Assembly (NCBI GenBank): GCA_902790345.1
Contig: CADARO010000007.1
Coordinates: forward strand, 3,693-67,692
DNA length: 64,000 nt
Direction of reading: 5' to 3'
DNA from: an uncultured Eubacteriales bacterium
GTDB taxonomy: Bacteria > Bacillota > Clostridia > Christensenellales > Aristaeellaceae
Shown here: positions 53,365 through 62,536 of the stretch, piece by piece
Numbering within the stretch: the first letter of the stretch is position 1
How the letters are laid out: each line of letters opens with the position of its first letter
The notes under the pieces: model-generated
What the model saw: the letters and a program-made list of their open reading frames with translations, nothing else
Told to the model about the DNA's origin: nothing
Database searches by the model: none
Position numbers and translations under genes: made by a program

Positions 53365-53922
53365 ATGACGCTTGAAAACCAGCTGGAAGCCTATATGCCC
53401 GTCAACGAGCAGGAAGCCCGCGATCGTTCGCTGATGCTGCGCTTCCTGCGCGAAGGCGAGACGCCTTTCTCCCGATCCAACGAGACGGCCCACTTCACCG
53501 CCTCGGCCTGGGTGACCAACGCTGCCCGGGACCGGGTGCTCATGGCCTTCCACAACATCTACAATTCCTGGGCCTGGACCGGCGGCCACGCGGACGGGGA
53601 GACCGACCTGGCGGCGGTGGCCCGGCGGGAGGCGGCGGAAGAGACCGGGGTGAGCGGCCTTCGGCTGGTGAGCGAGACGCCCGTGTCCCTGGAGATCATC
53701 ACCGTGGATGGCCACGAGAAGCGGGGCCGCTACGTGTCCTCGCACCTGCATTACAATGTGACCTACCTCTTAGAGGCGGACGACGACGCCCCGCTCACCG
53801 CCAAGCCGGACGAGAACAGCGGCGTTCGCTGGTTCGAGCCGGAGGAGGCGCTGGCCGCCAGCGCGGAGCCCTGGATGGTGGAGCGGGTGTACAGAAAGCT
53901 GATCGAAAAGATGAAAAAGTGA
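53365..53922 (+). CDS. NUDIX hydrolase
   Basis: Nudix box [33 protein letters not shown]. Confidence 0.85.
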   Translation: MTLENQLEAYMPVNEQEARDRSLMLRFLREGETPFSRSNETAHFTASAWVTNAARDRVLMAFHNIYNSWAWTGGHADGETDLAAVARREAAEETGVSGLRLVSETPVSLEIITVDGHEKRGRYVSSHLHYNVTYLLEADDDAPLTAKPDENSGVRWFEPEEALAASAEPWMVERVYRKLIEKMKK

Positions 53923-53978
53923 ACGCGAAGGGAGCCGCCCCGATGATGGAGCGGCTCCCCGTTCGTTGACAAATTGTA

Positions 53979-54743
53979 TTACCAGCCCAGATTGTCCAGC
54001 AGGATATAGCCGATGATCCCGTCGTAGGTGCAGCAGGCGAAGCGCTCGTCCACGATGTAGCAGTCGGTGACGGTGGCGCCCAGGGGCACCCGGGCCAGGC
54101 GCTTCGAGCCGGTGTCGGGCAGCTCCCGCAGGGAGGCGTAGGAGGCGCAGTTGACGATCACGCAGGTGCCCAGGTAGTCGGCGTTCGCGCCGCCGGAGAC
54201 CCACTCCAGGTTGTCGTTCAGGATGAAGCCCTCCAGGTCGCCGTAGAGGCAGTAGGAGAAGCGGTCGTCCTCATAGAACACGTTGGTCACGATGGAGCCC
54301 AGGGGCACCCGGGCCACCAGCTGGGCTTTGGTGTCCGGATAGGAGCGCAGGGAGGCGTAGCTCTTGCAGTTGACGATCTGCATGTTGCCCAGATACGCCT
54401 CGTCCGGGTATTCCTGGCCGATGGGGCCGGCGATGAAGGAGAGGTTACTGGTGAGGATGTAGCCCTCCATGCCGTCGTACACGCAGTAGGTGAACCGCTC
54501 GTCCTGATACCAGCAGTTGGTCACCACCGAGCCCAGGGGCACCCGGGCGATGAGCTGGGACGAGGTGTCCGGATAGGAGCGCAGGGAGGCGTAGGTCTTG
54601 CAGTTCACCACCTCCATGGCGCCGATGAGGCCGGTGTAGTCCTCGTAATCATAGGCGTAGGCCGCGGCGCAGGCGGACAGGGGCAGCGCGGCCAGCAGGA
54701 TCGCGGCCAGCGCGAGGCAGACGAGAATGCGCGCTTTCTTCAT
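53979..54743 (-). CDS. Secreted/lipoprotein with three tandem SH3b-like repeats and no catalytic domain
   Basis: Signal peptide with lipobox-like LPLSAC. There are three ~65-aa repeats of the form VVNCKTYASLRSYPDTSSQLIARVPLGSVVTNCWYQDERFTYCVYDGMEGYIL. Confidence 0.75.
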   Translation of the reverse strand: MKKARILVCLALAAILLAALPLSACAAAYAYDYEDYTGLIGAMEVVNCKTYASLRSYPDTSSQLIARVPLGSVVTNCWYQDERFTYCVYDGMEGYILTSNLSFIAGPIGQEYPDEAYLGNMQIVNCKSYASLRSYPDTKAQLVARVPLGSIVTNVFYEDDRFSYCLYGDLEGFILNDNLEWVSGGANADYLGTCVIVNCASYASLRELPDTGSKRLARVPLGATVTDCYIVDERFACCTYDGIIGYILLDNLGW

Positions 54744-54886
54744 GGCGATGACTTCCTTTCGCGGTTGAATGGTTCCGTGTAGTTACATATTAACGGATAA
54801 CCGCGCGAAAGTCAAGGCTCTTGACAACGGCGCGGCGGGGGGCTACAATGTCGGCGGAAGACGACGGGAAAGGGATGATTGTTTTC

Positions 54887-56089
54887 ATGCAAACGGTTTC
54901 TCTGGGCATGATTCTGGAAGCGCGGGAGCGGCTCAAGAAGGTGGTCAGGAGCACCGACCTGGTGCCCTCCCAGATGCTGGCCATTCCGGGCCAGCGGGAG
55001 GTTTTCCTCAAGACCGAGTGCCTGCAGTACACCGGCTCCTTCAAGCTGCGCGGCGCCTATAACCGCATCGCCATGCTCACGCCGGAGGAGCGGCAGCGGG
55101 GCGTGATCGCGTCCTCGGCGGGCAACCACGCCCAGGGCGTGGCGCTGGCGGCGCAGAAGTTCGGCATCAAAGCCACCATCGTCATGCCGGCCGGCGCGCC
55201 CCTGGCCAAGGTGGCGGCCACGCGGGGTTACGGCGCGGAGGTGGTGCTGCACGGCGCGGTGTACGACGACGCCTACGCCGAGGCCTGCCGCCTCCAGGAG
55301 GAGAGCGGCGCGGTGTTCATCCATCCCTTCAACGACCCCTATGTGATCGCGGGTCAGGGTTCCATCGGCCTGGAGATCATGGACGCCAACTCGGACATCA
55401 CCACCGTGGTGGTGCCCATCGGCGGCGGCGGCATGGCCTCCGGCATCGCGGCGGCGGTGAAGGAGCTGCACCCGGAGGTGAAGGTGATCGGCGTGCAGGC
55501 GGCGGGCGCGCCCTCCATGCTGGAATCCCGCCGGGCGGGGCACATCGTGACCCTGGACAGCGCCAGCACCATGGCGGACGGCATCGCCGTGAAGACGCCG
55601 GGCGACCTGACCTTCGCCATGTGCGAAAAATACCTGGACGACATCGTCACCGTGGACGAGGACGAGATCGCCGGGGCCATTCTCATGCTGCTGGAGAAGT
55701 GCAAGATCGTGGCCGAGGGCGCCGGCGCGGCCAGCGTGGCCGCCGTGCTGTACGACAAGTTCGACACGTCCGGCAAGGTGGCCTGCGTGGTGTCCGGCGG
55801 CAACGTGGACGTGACGACCCTGCAGCACATCCTGGACCAGGGCCTCATGAAGGCCGGCCGCATGGCCCGCATCCACACCGTCATTCAGGACCGGCCCGGC
55901 CATCTGGCGCGGCTGCTCTCCCTCATTTCCGAGAGCGGCGCCAACGTCATCTCCATCCAGCACGACCGCACCAGCATTATGAGCGGCGTGGGCCGTGCGC
56001 TGGTGGATTTGCAGATTGAGACCAACGATTTCGATCATCTGGAGCGGCTGCACGCGATCCTGAAGGAGAACGGATACGCCGTCATGTGA
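54887..56089 (+). CDS. ilvA: Threonine ammonia-lyase (short form with one C-terminal ACT-like domain)
   Basis: PLP-lysine motif YTGSFKLRGA. Also SSAGNHAQGVA and GGGGMASG. The start is uncertain; ATGs at 54848, 54875 and 54887 are all in frame. Confidence 0.88.
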   Translation: MQTVSLGMILEARERLKKVVRSTDLVPSQMLAIPGQREVFLKTECLQYTGSFKLRGAYNRIAMLTPEERQRGVIASSAGNHAQGVALAAQKFGIKATIVMPAGAPLAKVAATRGYGAEVVLHGAVYDDAYAEACRLQEESGAVFIHPFNDPYVIAGQGSIGLEIMDANSDITTVVVPIGGGGMASGIAAAVKELHPEVKVIGVQAAGAPSMLESRRAGHIVTLDSASTMADGIAVKTPGDLTFAMCEKYLDDIVTVDEDEIAGAILMLLEKCKIVAEGAGAASVAAVLYDKFDTSGKVACVVSGGNVDVTTLQHILDQGLMKAGRMARIHTVIQDRPGHLARLLSLISESGANVISIQHDRTSIMSGVGRALVDLQIETNDFDHLERLHAILKENGYAVM

Positions 56090-56111
56090 CGCCCGCACAG
56101 TCCCTTGTATC

Positions 56112-56141
56112 AAACCGCGCGACGAAACCCGCGCGGTTTTC
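56112..56141 (+). terminator. Rho-independent terminator after ilvA
   Basis: AAACCGCGCG, a loop, CGCGCGGTTTT. Confidence 0.65.
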
Positions 56142-56189
56142 ATTATGTCACATTGTCCCCTTTTTACCCCGATTTCCCCATTTCTTCTC

Positions 56190-56218
56190 TTGCGAAAACG
56201 GGCGGACGGGGCTATAAT
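56190..56218 (+). promoter_or_regulatory. Sigma-A-type promoter for the MacB-type ABC operon
   Basis: TTGCGA, a 17-nt spacer, then TATAAT, 48 nt upstream of the ATG. Confidence 0.5.
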
Positions 56219-56265
56219 CATGTTAGTTAAGACAATCTAACTTAATTGAAGAGGGGAATGACGAT

Positions 56266-56964
56266 ATGTTTCTTGAAATCAAGGGCCTGAAAAAGGGCTT
56301 TGGCCAGGGCGAGGCCCGGGTGGAGGTGCTCAAGGGCATCGACCTGGGGGTGGAAAAGGGGGAGATCGTGGTGCTGCTGGGTCCCAGCGGCTCGGGCAAA
56401 TCCACGCTGCTCAACATCATCGGCGGCATCGACGGGGCGGATGAGGGCTCCATTGCCATCGGCGGCGAGACGATGCAGAGCATGAGCGAGAAGCGGCTCA
56501 CCCAGTACCGCCGGCGGCATCTGGGCTACGTGTTCCAGCTGTACAACCTCATTCCGGATCTCACCGTGCGGGAGAACGTGGAGGTGGGCGCCTGGCTGGG
56601 GGAGAAGCCCCTGAACGTGGACGAGCTGCTCGCCACCCTGGGCCTTTCCGAGCACGCGGGCAAGCTCCCCACCCAGCTCTCCGGCGGCCAGCAGCAGCGC
56701 ACCGCCATCGGCCGGGCCATCGTGAAAAATCCGGACCTGCTGCTGTGCGACGAGCCCACCGGCGCGCTGGACTACAACACCTCGAAGGAGATCCTGAAGC
56801 TGATCGAGACGGTGAACCGGCGATACGGCACCACCGTGATCGTGGTGACCCACAACGCGGCCATCGCGGGCATGGCGGATCGGGTCATCAGGCTGCGGGA
56901 CGGCGCGATTCGGAGCAACGAGAAAAACGCCGTGAAGATCCCGGCGGCCGAACTGGAGTGGTAA
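56266..56964 (+). CDS. ABC transporter ATP-binding protein (MacB/LolD-type)
   Basis: Walker [11 protein letters not shown]-loop. Signature LSGGQQQR. Walker [13 protein letters not shown]. Confidence 0.92.
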   Translation: MFLEIKGLKKGFGQGEARVEVLKGIDLGVEKGEIVVLLGPSGSGKSTLLNIIGGIDGADEGSIAIGGETMQSMSEKRLTQYRRRHLGYVFQLYNLIPDLTVRENVEVGAWLGEKPLNVDELLATLGLSEHAGKLPTQLSGGQQQRTAIGRAIVKNPDLLLCDEPTGALDYNTSKEILKLIETVNRRYGTTVIVVTHNAAIAGMADRVIRLRDGAIRSNEKNAVKIPAAELEW

Positions 56965-56981
56965 GGGGAGCGTGAGGCGTG

Positions 56982-59285
56982 ATGAGAAATCCATTGATTC
57001 GCCGCTATCCCCGGGAGCTCCGGGCGGAATGCGGCAAATACCTGGCCATCTTCCTGTTCATGGTGGTGTCCATCGGGTTCATCTCCGGCTTTCTGGTGGC
57101 GGACGGCAGCATGATCGCCGCCTACAACAACAGTTTTGAGGACTACACCATTGAGGACGGCCACTTCCGCACGGGCACCCCGCTGAACGCGGCCAAGCGG
57201 GAGGCCATCGAGGCCCTGGGCCTCGACGTGTACGACCTGTTCTACGTGAACCTGCCCGCGGACAACGGCTCCACCGTGCGGGTGTATCCCTGGCGGGAGG
57301 ACGTGGACCGGATCTGCGTGATGCAGGGCAAGGCGCCCGCCGCGGCGGACGAGATCGCCGTGGACCGCATGTGGGCCGACAACAACGGCCTCGCCGTGGG
57401 GGACACGCTGACCGTGGACGGCGCGCCCCTCACCATCTCCGCCCTGGTGGCGTTTTCGGACTACAGCTGCCTGTTTGAGAGCAACGGCGACATGATGTTC
57501 GACGCGGTGAAGTTCACCGCCGCCGCCATGACGGAGGAGGGCTTCGAGGCGCTCTCCGCCGGGCGGCACGCCTATAACTACGCCTATCTCTACCAGGGCG
57601 AACGCCCGGCGGACGAGCGGGCGGAGGTGGAATCCGCCAAGGCGCTGGCGGAGGCAATCAACAAGGTGGCCGCGCTGGAGGACTTCGTGCCCCGGGTGAT
57701 CAACCAGGCTATTACGTTCACCGGCGAGGACATGGGCAGCGACCGGGCCATGATGCTGCTCCTGCTGTACATCCTCATCGGCATCATGGCCTTCGTGTTC
57801 GCCATGACCGCCAAGAACACCATCTACCGGGAGGCGGGGGTGATCGGCACCCTGCGGGCCAGCGGCTACACCCGGGGCGAGCTGCTGAGGCACTACATCC
57901 TGCTGCCCATCCTGGTGACGCTGCTGGCCGCGCTGGTGGGCAACGCGCTGGGCTACACGGTGTTCAAGTACATCTGCGTGGACATGTATTACGGCAGCTA
58001 TTCCCTGCCCACCTACGTGACCGTGTGGAACGCGGACGCCTTCCTGCTCACCTCGGTGGTGCCCATCGCGCTGATGCTGGCCATCAACGCGCTGGTGCTG
58101 CGCCGGGCCCTGGGTCTGAGCCCCATCCGCTTCCTGCGGCACGACCTGAGCCGGGGCAGGCATCGCCGGGCGGTGCGCCTGAGCGAAAAGCTGCCCTTCC
58201 TGCGCCGGTTCCGCGCGCGCATCATCCTGCAGAACCGGGGCAGCTTTCTGACGCTGCTGATCGGCATCCTGTTTGCCAACATCCTGCTGTACTTCGGGCT
58301 GATGCTGCCGGTGCTGCTGGACAATCTGCGCTCAGACATCGTCTCCAGCCTGCCCTCGCGGTATCAGTACATCCTCTCCGTGCCCGAGTTCGAGCAGGGC
58401 TCCTTCATGGCGGAGGTGATGAAGTACGGCCTGCGCACAAGCGCGGAAGGGGCGGAGCCCTGCTGCGTCACCTCGCTGCAGACCGAGAAGCGCCCGGGCT
58501 ACCGGCAGGAGGAGATCACCGTGTACGGCCTGGAGGAGAACAGCGCCTACATCCCGCTGGATTTCTCCGTGCCCGGCGCGTATGTGTCCGAGGATTTCGC
58601 CGACAAGTATCAGCTGAAGCCGGGGGACACCTTCAACATGATCGAGCGCTTCGACGACGGCCGCTACACCTTCACCGTGGCGGGCACCTGCCATTATCCG
58701 GGCATGCTGGCGGTGTTCCTGTCCCGGTCGGATTTCAACGGGGTCTTCGGCAAGGCGGCGGACGACTTCAACGGCTACTTCTCCGACGAGCCCATCGAGG
58801 ACATCGACAGTCGGTTCATCGCGGGCGTGATCGACATAAACAGCATGACCAAGGTGTCGCGGCAGCTGCAGGTGTCCATGGGGGGCATGATGTATCTGGT
58901 GGACATCTTTTCCGTGATCCTGTTCATGATCCTCATGTATCTGCTCACCAAGCTGATCATCGAGAAGAACGCCCGCAGCATCTCCATGGTGAAGATCTTA
59001 GGCGGCACGGGGGGCGAGATCGCCTCGCTGTACCTGGCCTCCACCGCCATTGCCACGGTGATCTCCGTTGTGGTCACCATCCCCCTGGCCCACGTGCTCA
59101 TCGAGAAGGCCATGCGCGTGATGATGGCCAGCGAGATGACCGGCTGGCTGCCCCTGCGGCCCAGCTACGCCGTGTGGGGCGAGATGGCCTTATTGGGCGT
59201 GGGAGCCTTCGCCGTGGTGGCGCTGCTGGAATACCGCAGGATCCTGCGGGTGCCCATGGACGCGGCGCTGAAAAACGTGGATTGA
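56982..59285 (+). CDS. ABC transporter permease with two FtsX/MacB-type domains
   Basis: About 768 aa and 10 TM helices. Repeated FtsX-type 4-TM modules are separated by extracytoplasmic domains (...IYREAGVIGTLRASGYTRGELLRHY... and ...SISMVKILGGTGGEIASLY...). Confidence 0.88.
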   Translation: MRNPLIRRYPRELRAECGKYLAIFLFMVVSIGFISGFLVADGSMIAAYNNSFEDYTIEDGHFRTGTPLNAAKREAIEALGLDVYDLFYVNLPADNGSTVRVYPWREDVDRICVMQGKAPAAADEIAVDRMWADNNGLAVGDTLTVDGAPLTISALVAFSDYSCLFESNGDMMFDAVKFTAAAMTEEGFEALSAGRHAYNYAYLYQGERPADERAEVESAKALAEAINKVAALEDFVPRVINQAITFTGEDMGSDRAMMLLLLYILIGIMAFVFAMTAKNTIYREAGVIGTLRASGYTRGELLRHYILLPILVTLLAALVGNALGYTVFKYICVDMYYGSYSLPTYVTVWNADAFLLTSVVPIALMLAINALVLRRALGLSPIRFLRHDLSRGRHRRAVRLSEKLPFLRRFRARIILQNRGSFLTLLIGILFANILLYFGLMLPVLLDNLRSDIVSSLPSRYQYILSVPEFEQGSFMAEVMKYGLRTSAEGAEPCCVTSLQTEKRPGYRQEEITVYGLEENSAYIPLDFSVPGAYVSEDFADKYQLKPGDTFNMIERFDDGRYTFTVAGTCHYPGMLAVFLSRSDFNGVFGKAADDFNGYFSDEPIEDIDSRFIAGVIDINSMTKVSRQLQVSMGGMMYLVDIFSVILFMILMYLLTKLIIEKNARSISMVKILGGTGGEIASLYLASTAIATVISVVVTIPLAHVLIEKAMRVMMASEMTGWLPLRPSYAVWGEMALLGVGAFAVVALLEYRRILRVPMDAALKNVD

Positions 59286-59309
59286 GCCGCTTCAGACAAC
59301 TGAACGATA

Positions 59310-59356
59310 GCGCGGGACCGGCGCGGGCGAAGAGCCCGCTGGCCCCGCGCTTTTCG
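59310..59356 (+). terminator. Rho-independent terminator
   Basis: GCGCGGGACCGGCGCGGGC, loop GAAGA, GCCCGCTGGCCCCGCGC, then TTTTC. Confidence 0.65.
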
Positions 59357-59758
59357 TATTCATGGGTGAATATGCAGGGCCGGTTTATTTCCCATACGGC
59401 GGCAAATTTTTATTCAGTCAGTCGGGCGGGGGCGGTGGCGGGACGGGGCGGGAGAAGTGGAGGAGGGCGAGTGAAAAAAGTCGAATTTTGAGGAAAAATG
59501 ACGGGCACAATCCCTAAAAATCGGCGAAAAAACCCGGGTGAGAAAAAATATGCGGCGGGGTGGAAAAGTAATCATATTGTTTGAAAACACGTCATATATA
59601 TACAGTGATGAATGACAAAAATTTGGCGAAACAGCCCATAAAATCCACGGAAAGGGCCGAAAAAAAGGGATTTTATGGCAATATGTCGTATATACAGTAT
59701 GATTTCGATTTCCACGACCGCGGCGGCGCGGGTGACCGGTGATTCGGAGGGGAAGAGC

Positions 59759-60295
59759 ATGGTTACGGTCAGGAGAAAGAAAAAGCGGAATCTGAACAGC
59801 CCGGCGGGCTTTTACAAGCGCCTGGCGGCAGCGGGGCTGGCTGTGCTGCTGCTGGGGCTGGTGGCCTTCGGGCTGATCGGCCGCTTCCGCTACGCGGACC
59901 GGCTGGACGATCTGGGCGATTTCATGGCGAAGGCCATCCGCACCGATCTCAACCAGGCCCTGCAGTCCTATGACACCATCCAGCGGCGGGGCGACGACGC
60001 GGCCCCGGACGCGCTGGCCAACATGAAGCGCTACATGTACGCGGCGTATCGGATGAACCTGTCCCTGGTGGCGGCCCGGGGGGAGCGCTATTCCATCATC
60101 GACACCGCCACCTACAACAGCTTCCAGACCATCGTGGGTGAATACGAGCGGCTGCTGGCCAACGGCCAGTCCACCGCTTCGGTGAAGACCTCCCTGGGCA
60201 ACTACACCCGGGCCATCGCGGACACGCTCTCCAGCCGCTTCGACAGCGCGGACCTGCTGCTGCCCCAGACCGCCTCTAAGAAGACCGGGCGCTGA
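59759..60295 (+). CDS. Membrane-anchored hypothetical protein
   Basis: MVTVRRKKKRNLNSPAGFYKRLAAAGLAVLLLGLVAFGLIG (an N-in signal anchor) followed by a helical domain. GGAGGGGAAGAGC RBS. The antisense ORF 59414..60361 was rejected on composition. Confidence 0.55.
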   Translation: MVTVRRKKKRNLNSPAGFYKRLAAAGLAVLLLGLVAFGLIGRFRYADRLDDLGDFMAKAIRTDLNQALQSYDTIQRRGDDAAPDALANMKRYMYAAYRMNLSLVAARGERYSIIDTATYNSFQTIVGEYERLLANGQSTASVKTSLGNYTRAIADTLSSRFDSADLLLPQTASKKTGR

Positions 60296-60307
60296 CCGCC
60301 CTTCATT

Positions 60308-60351
60308 CGGCTTTCCGACCGCGCGAGCCGCGTTCGGGGAGCCGTTTTTTT
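60308..60351 (+). terminator. Rho-independent terminator
   Basis: An imperfect stem CGGCTTTCCGACCGCG / CGCGTTCGGGGAGCCG followed by TTTTTTT. Confidence 0.6.
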
Positions 60352-60500
60352 GATGGGTCATTATTGAGCCATTATCGAATATTGCGCTAAGTTAACACGG
60401 GAAAACAGGAAAATGATTACAAATGTGCGATAGAATGATGTCATTGCGCTGGAACGGGATCTTCCCGCCAAACGGCAATAGGAAAAGGAGCGTGTGAAGC

Positions 60501-61430
60501 ATGAGGAAACTCGCCAGATTTCTGGCAATCGTGACGGCCGTGATGATCTGCCTGTCCGCCGTCTCGGCGCTGGCCGACGTGCGGCTGGTCACCACCGCGA
60601 AGCTGAACCTGCGCGCCGGGGCCGGCACGGAATATCGGCGCATCGTCACCATCCCCAAGGGCGTGACCGTGACCTGCGGCGAGGCGCGGCAGGACGCGTC
60701 GGGCGTGTTCTGGTATTATACCACCTATAACGGCATGAGCGGCTGGGTGTCCTCCCAGTATCTCAGCAGCGGCGGCGCGGCCACCGGCTCCGCCACCACC
60801 ACCGGCGAGGTCAACATGCGCACCGGCGCGGGCCTCAATTACAAGTCGGTGGGCGTCCTGAAGAAGGGCGTCTCCGTGACCTACGACGCCTACGCCACGG
60901 ACAACCGCAACGTGATGTGGTATCGCGTCAGCTACAACGGCGTCCGGGGCTGGGTTTCCTCCAAGTATCTGAAGATGGGCGGCTCCACGCCCACCCCCAC
61001 CCCCGTGGCCGAGAAGATCACCACCACCGGCAACGCCAACCTGCGCAGCGGCGCGGGCCTCAACTACAGCGTGCTGACCGTGGTCAAGAAGGGCACTGCG
61101 CTGACCTATGACAACGCCCTCCGGGACGGCCGGGGCGTGGTGTGGTATCATGTGAACCACAACGGCGTGAAGGGCTGGATCTCTTCCGCCAACACCACCA
61201 AGGGCGGCTCCGCGCCTACCCCCGTCGCGCCCAAGGTCATCACCACCGGCAGCGTGAACATGCGCGCCGGCGCGGGCCTCAACTACGCCACGCTGGGCGC
61301 CATCAAGGCCGGCGTGACCATGACCTACGACGCCACCGCCGTGGACGGCCGGGGCGTGGTCTGGTATCATGTGAACTACAACGGAACCAAGGGCTGGATC
61401 TCCGCCGCCTACGCCCGCGTGGCCGGCTGA
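60501..61430 (+). CDS. Secreted protein made of four tandem SH3b (SH3_3-like) repeats
   Basis: Signal peptide MRKLARFLAIVTAVMICLSAVSALA. Four repeats of the form T.G.VN(M/L)R(T/S/A)GAGLNY...G...TYD......G..WY.V.YNG..GW(V/I)SS.Y. Confidence 0.8.
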   Translation: MRKLARFLAIVTAVMICLSAVSALADVRLVTTAKLNLRAGAGTEYRRIVTIPKGVTVTCGEARQDASGVFWYYTTYNGMSGWVSSQYLSSGGAATGSATTTGEVNMRTGAGLNYKSVGVLKKGVSVTYDAYATDNRNVMWYRVSYNGVRGWVSSKYLKMGGSTPTPTPVAEKITTTGNANLRSGAGLNYSVLTVVKKGTALTYDNALRDGRGVVWYHVNHNGVKGWISSANTTKGGSAPTPVAPKVITTGSVNMRAGAGLNYATLGAIKAGVTMTYDATAVDGRGVVWYHVNYNGTKGWISAAYARVAG

Positions 61431-61478
61431 AAACCGCGCTGAAACACACGACAAATGAGAACAGGAGAGTATGGCACA

Positions 61479-62468
61479 ATGAAAAAATTCATCATGGCAA
61501 TGATTCTGGTCGTCGCGCTGGCCGCGTCCGCGTGCCTGGCCGAGGTTGTGAATCCCGAGGAATCCTACGCCGGCGGCTGGTCCGATGAGGCGCAGGGCGT
61601 GTATGCCGATATCGTGATCAACGAGGACGGCACCTTCGGCATCTTCGTGGTGTATGATGACGCGGACGGCACCCCCGTCTACTGCGAGATGAACGCGGTC
61701 TACGACGTGAACGCCGGCGGCCTGGTCTACACCGACGGCACGAAGTACGCGGTCATGACCAATGAGAACGACGAGTTTGAGCAGGAGCCGGTGTGGGAAG
61801 GCACCAGCAGCGGCCTGTTCTGCTACAACGAAGAGGGCCAGCTGCTCTGGGAGGACGACCGGGAAGAGCTGGACAGCGGCATGATCCTGAGCCGCATCGA
61901 GCTGGACTTCAAGATGATCGCCCCCATGTTCTACGAGCTGGACGTGAACGACCTGCCGGACGGCATCTATCCCGTGGCCTTCGACCGCGACAACATCGTG
62001 GAGACTGAGGACGGCGTGTGCTTCAACGGCGTCATGATCTTCACCACCGACCTGTATGACATCGTGGACATCAACACCCTGAACGTGGGCGACATCCTGC
62101 TGTGGGACGAGCAGGTCGTCGAGGTGGAGACCATCGAAAAGGACGAGGACGGCGCCGTGGTCATCAACGGCGGCTATGACAACGACGGCTGCATGCTGAT
62201 GCCCGTGGAGGAGAGCAACTGCTACGTGGTGGTGCTGGACGACGACTACAACACCTACACCGCCTACGGCGAGACCGACCTGACCCTGGCCGAGACCGCC
62301 ACCTACACCGACGCCTCCCTCCCGGACGCCGATCCCGTCACCGCGGATTACGCCGGCATCGTGGAGGCCATCAAGGGCGCCGAGCTGGATGTGTTCACCT
62401 ACCTCAACACCACCATCCGCGTGGAGAATGGCCAGATCGTGGAGATCAACCGCCACTTCATGCCGTAA
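61479..62468 (+). CDS. Secreted acidic hypothetical protein
   Basis: Signal peptide MKKFIMAMILVVALAASACLA. AGGAGAG RBS. Highly Asp/Glu-rich mature part. No family was recognised. Confidence 0.7.
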   Translation: MKKFIMAMILVVALAASACLAEVVNPEESYAGGWSDEAQGVYADIVINEDGTFGIFVVYDDADGTPVYCEMNAVYDVNAGGLVYTDGTKYAVMTNENDEFEQEPVWEGTSSGLFCYNEEGQLLWEDDREELDSGMILSRIELDFKMIAPMFYELDVNDLPDGIYPVAFDRDNIVETEDGVCFNGVMIFTTDLYDIVDINTLNVGDILLWDEQVVEVETIEKDEDGAVVINGGYDNDGCMLMPVEESNCYVVVLDDDYNTYTAYGETDLTLAETATYTDASLPDADPVTADYAGIVEAIKGAELDVFTYLNTTIRVENGQIVEINRHFMP

Positions 62469-62488
62469 TTCATCATCGCGAAACACGG

Positions 62489-62530
62489 CGGGCCGCCGGG
62501 GCAGCAAAAACGCCCCGGCGGCCCGTTTTA
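62489..62530 (+). terminator. Rho-independent terminator between convergent genes
   Basis: CGGGCCGCCGGGG, a loop, CCCCGGCGGCCCG, then TTTTA. Confidence 0.7.
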
Positions 62531-62536
62531 TCAATT

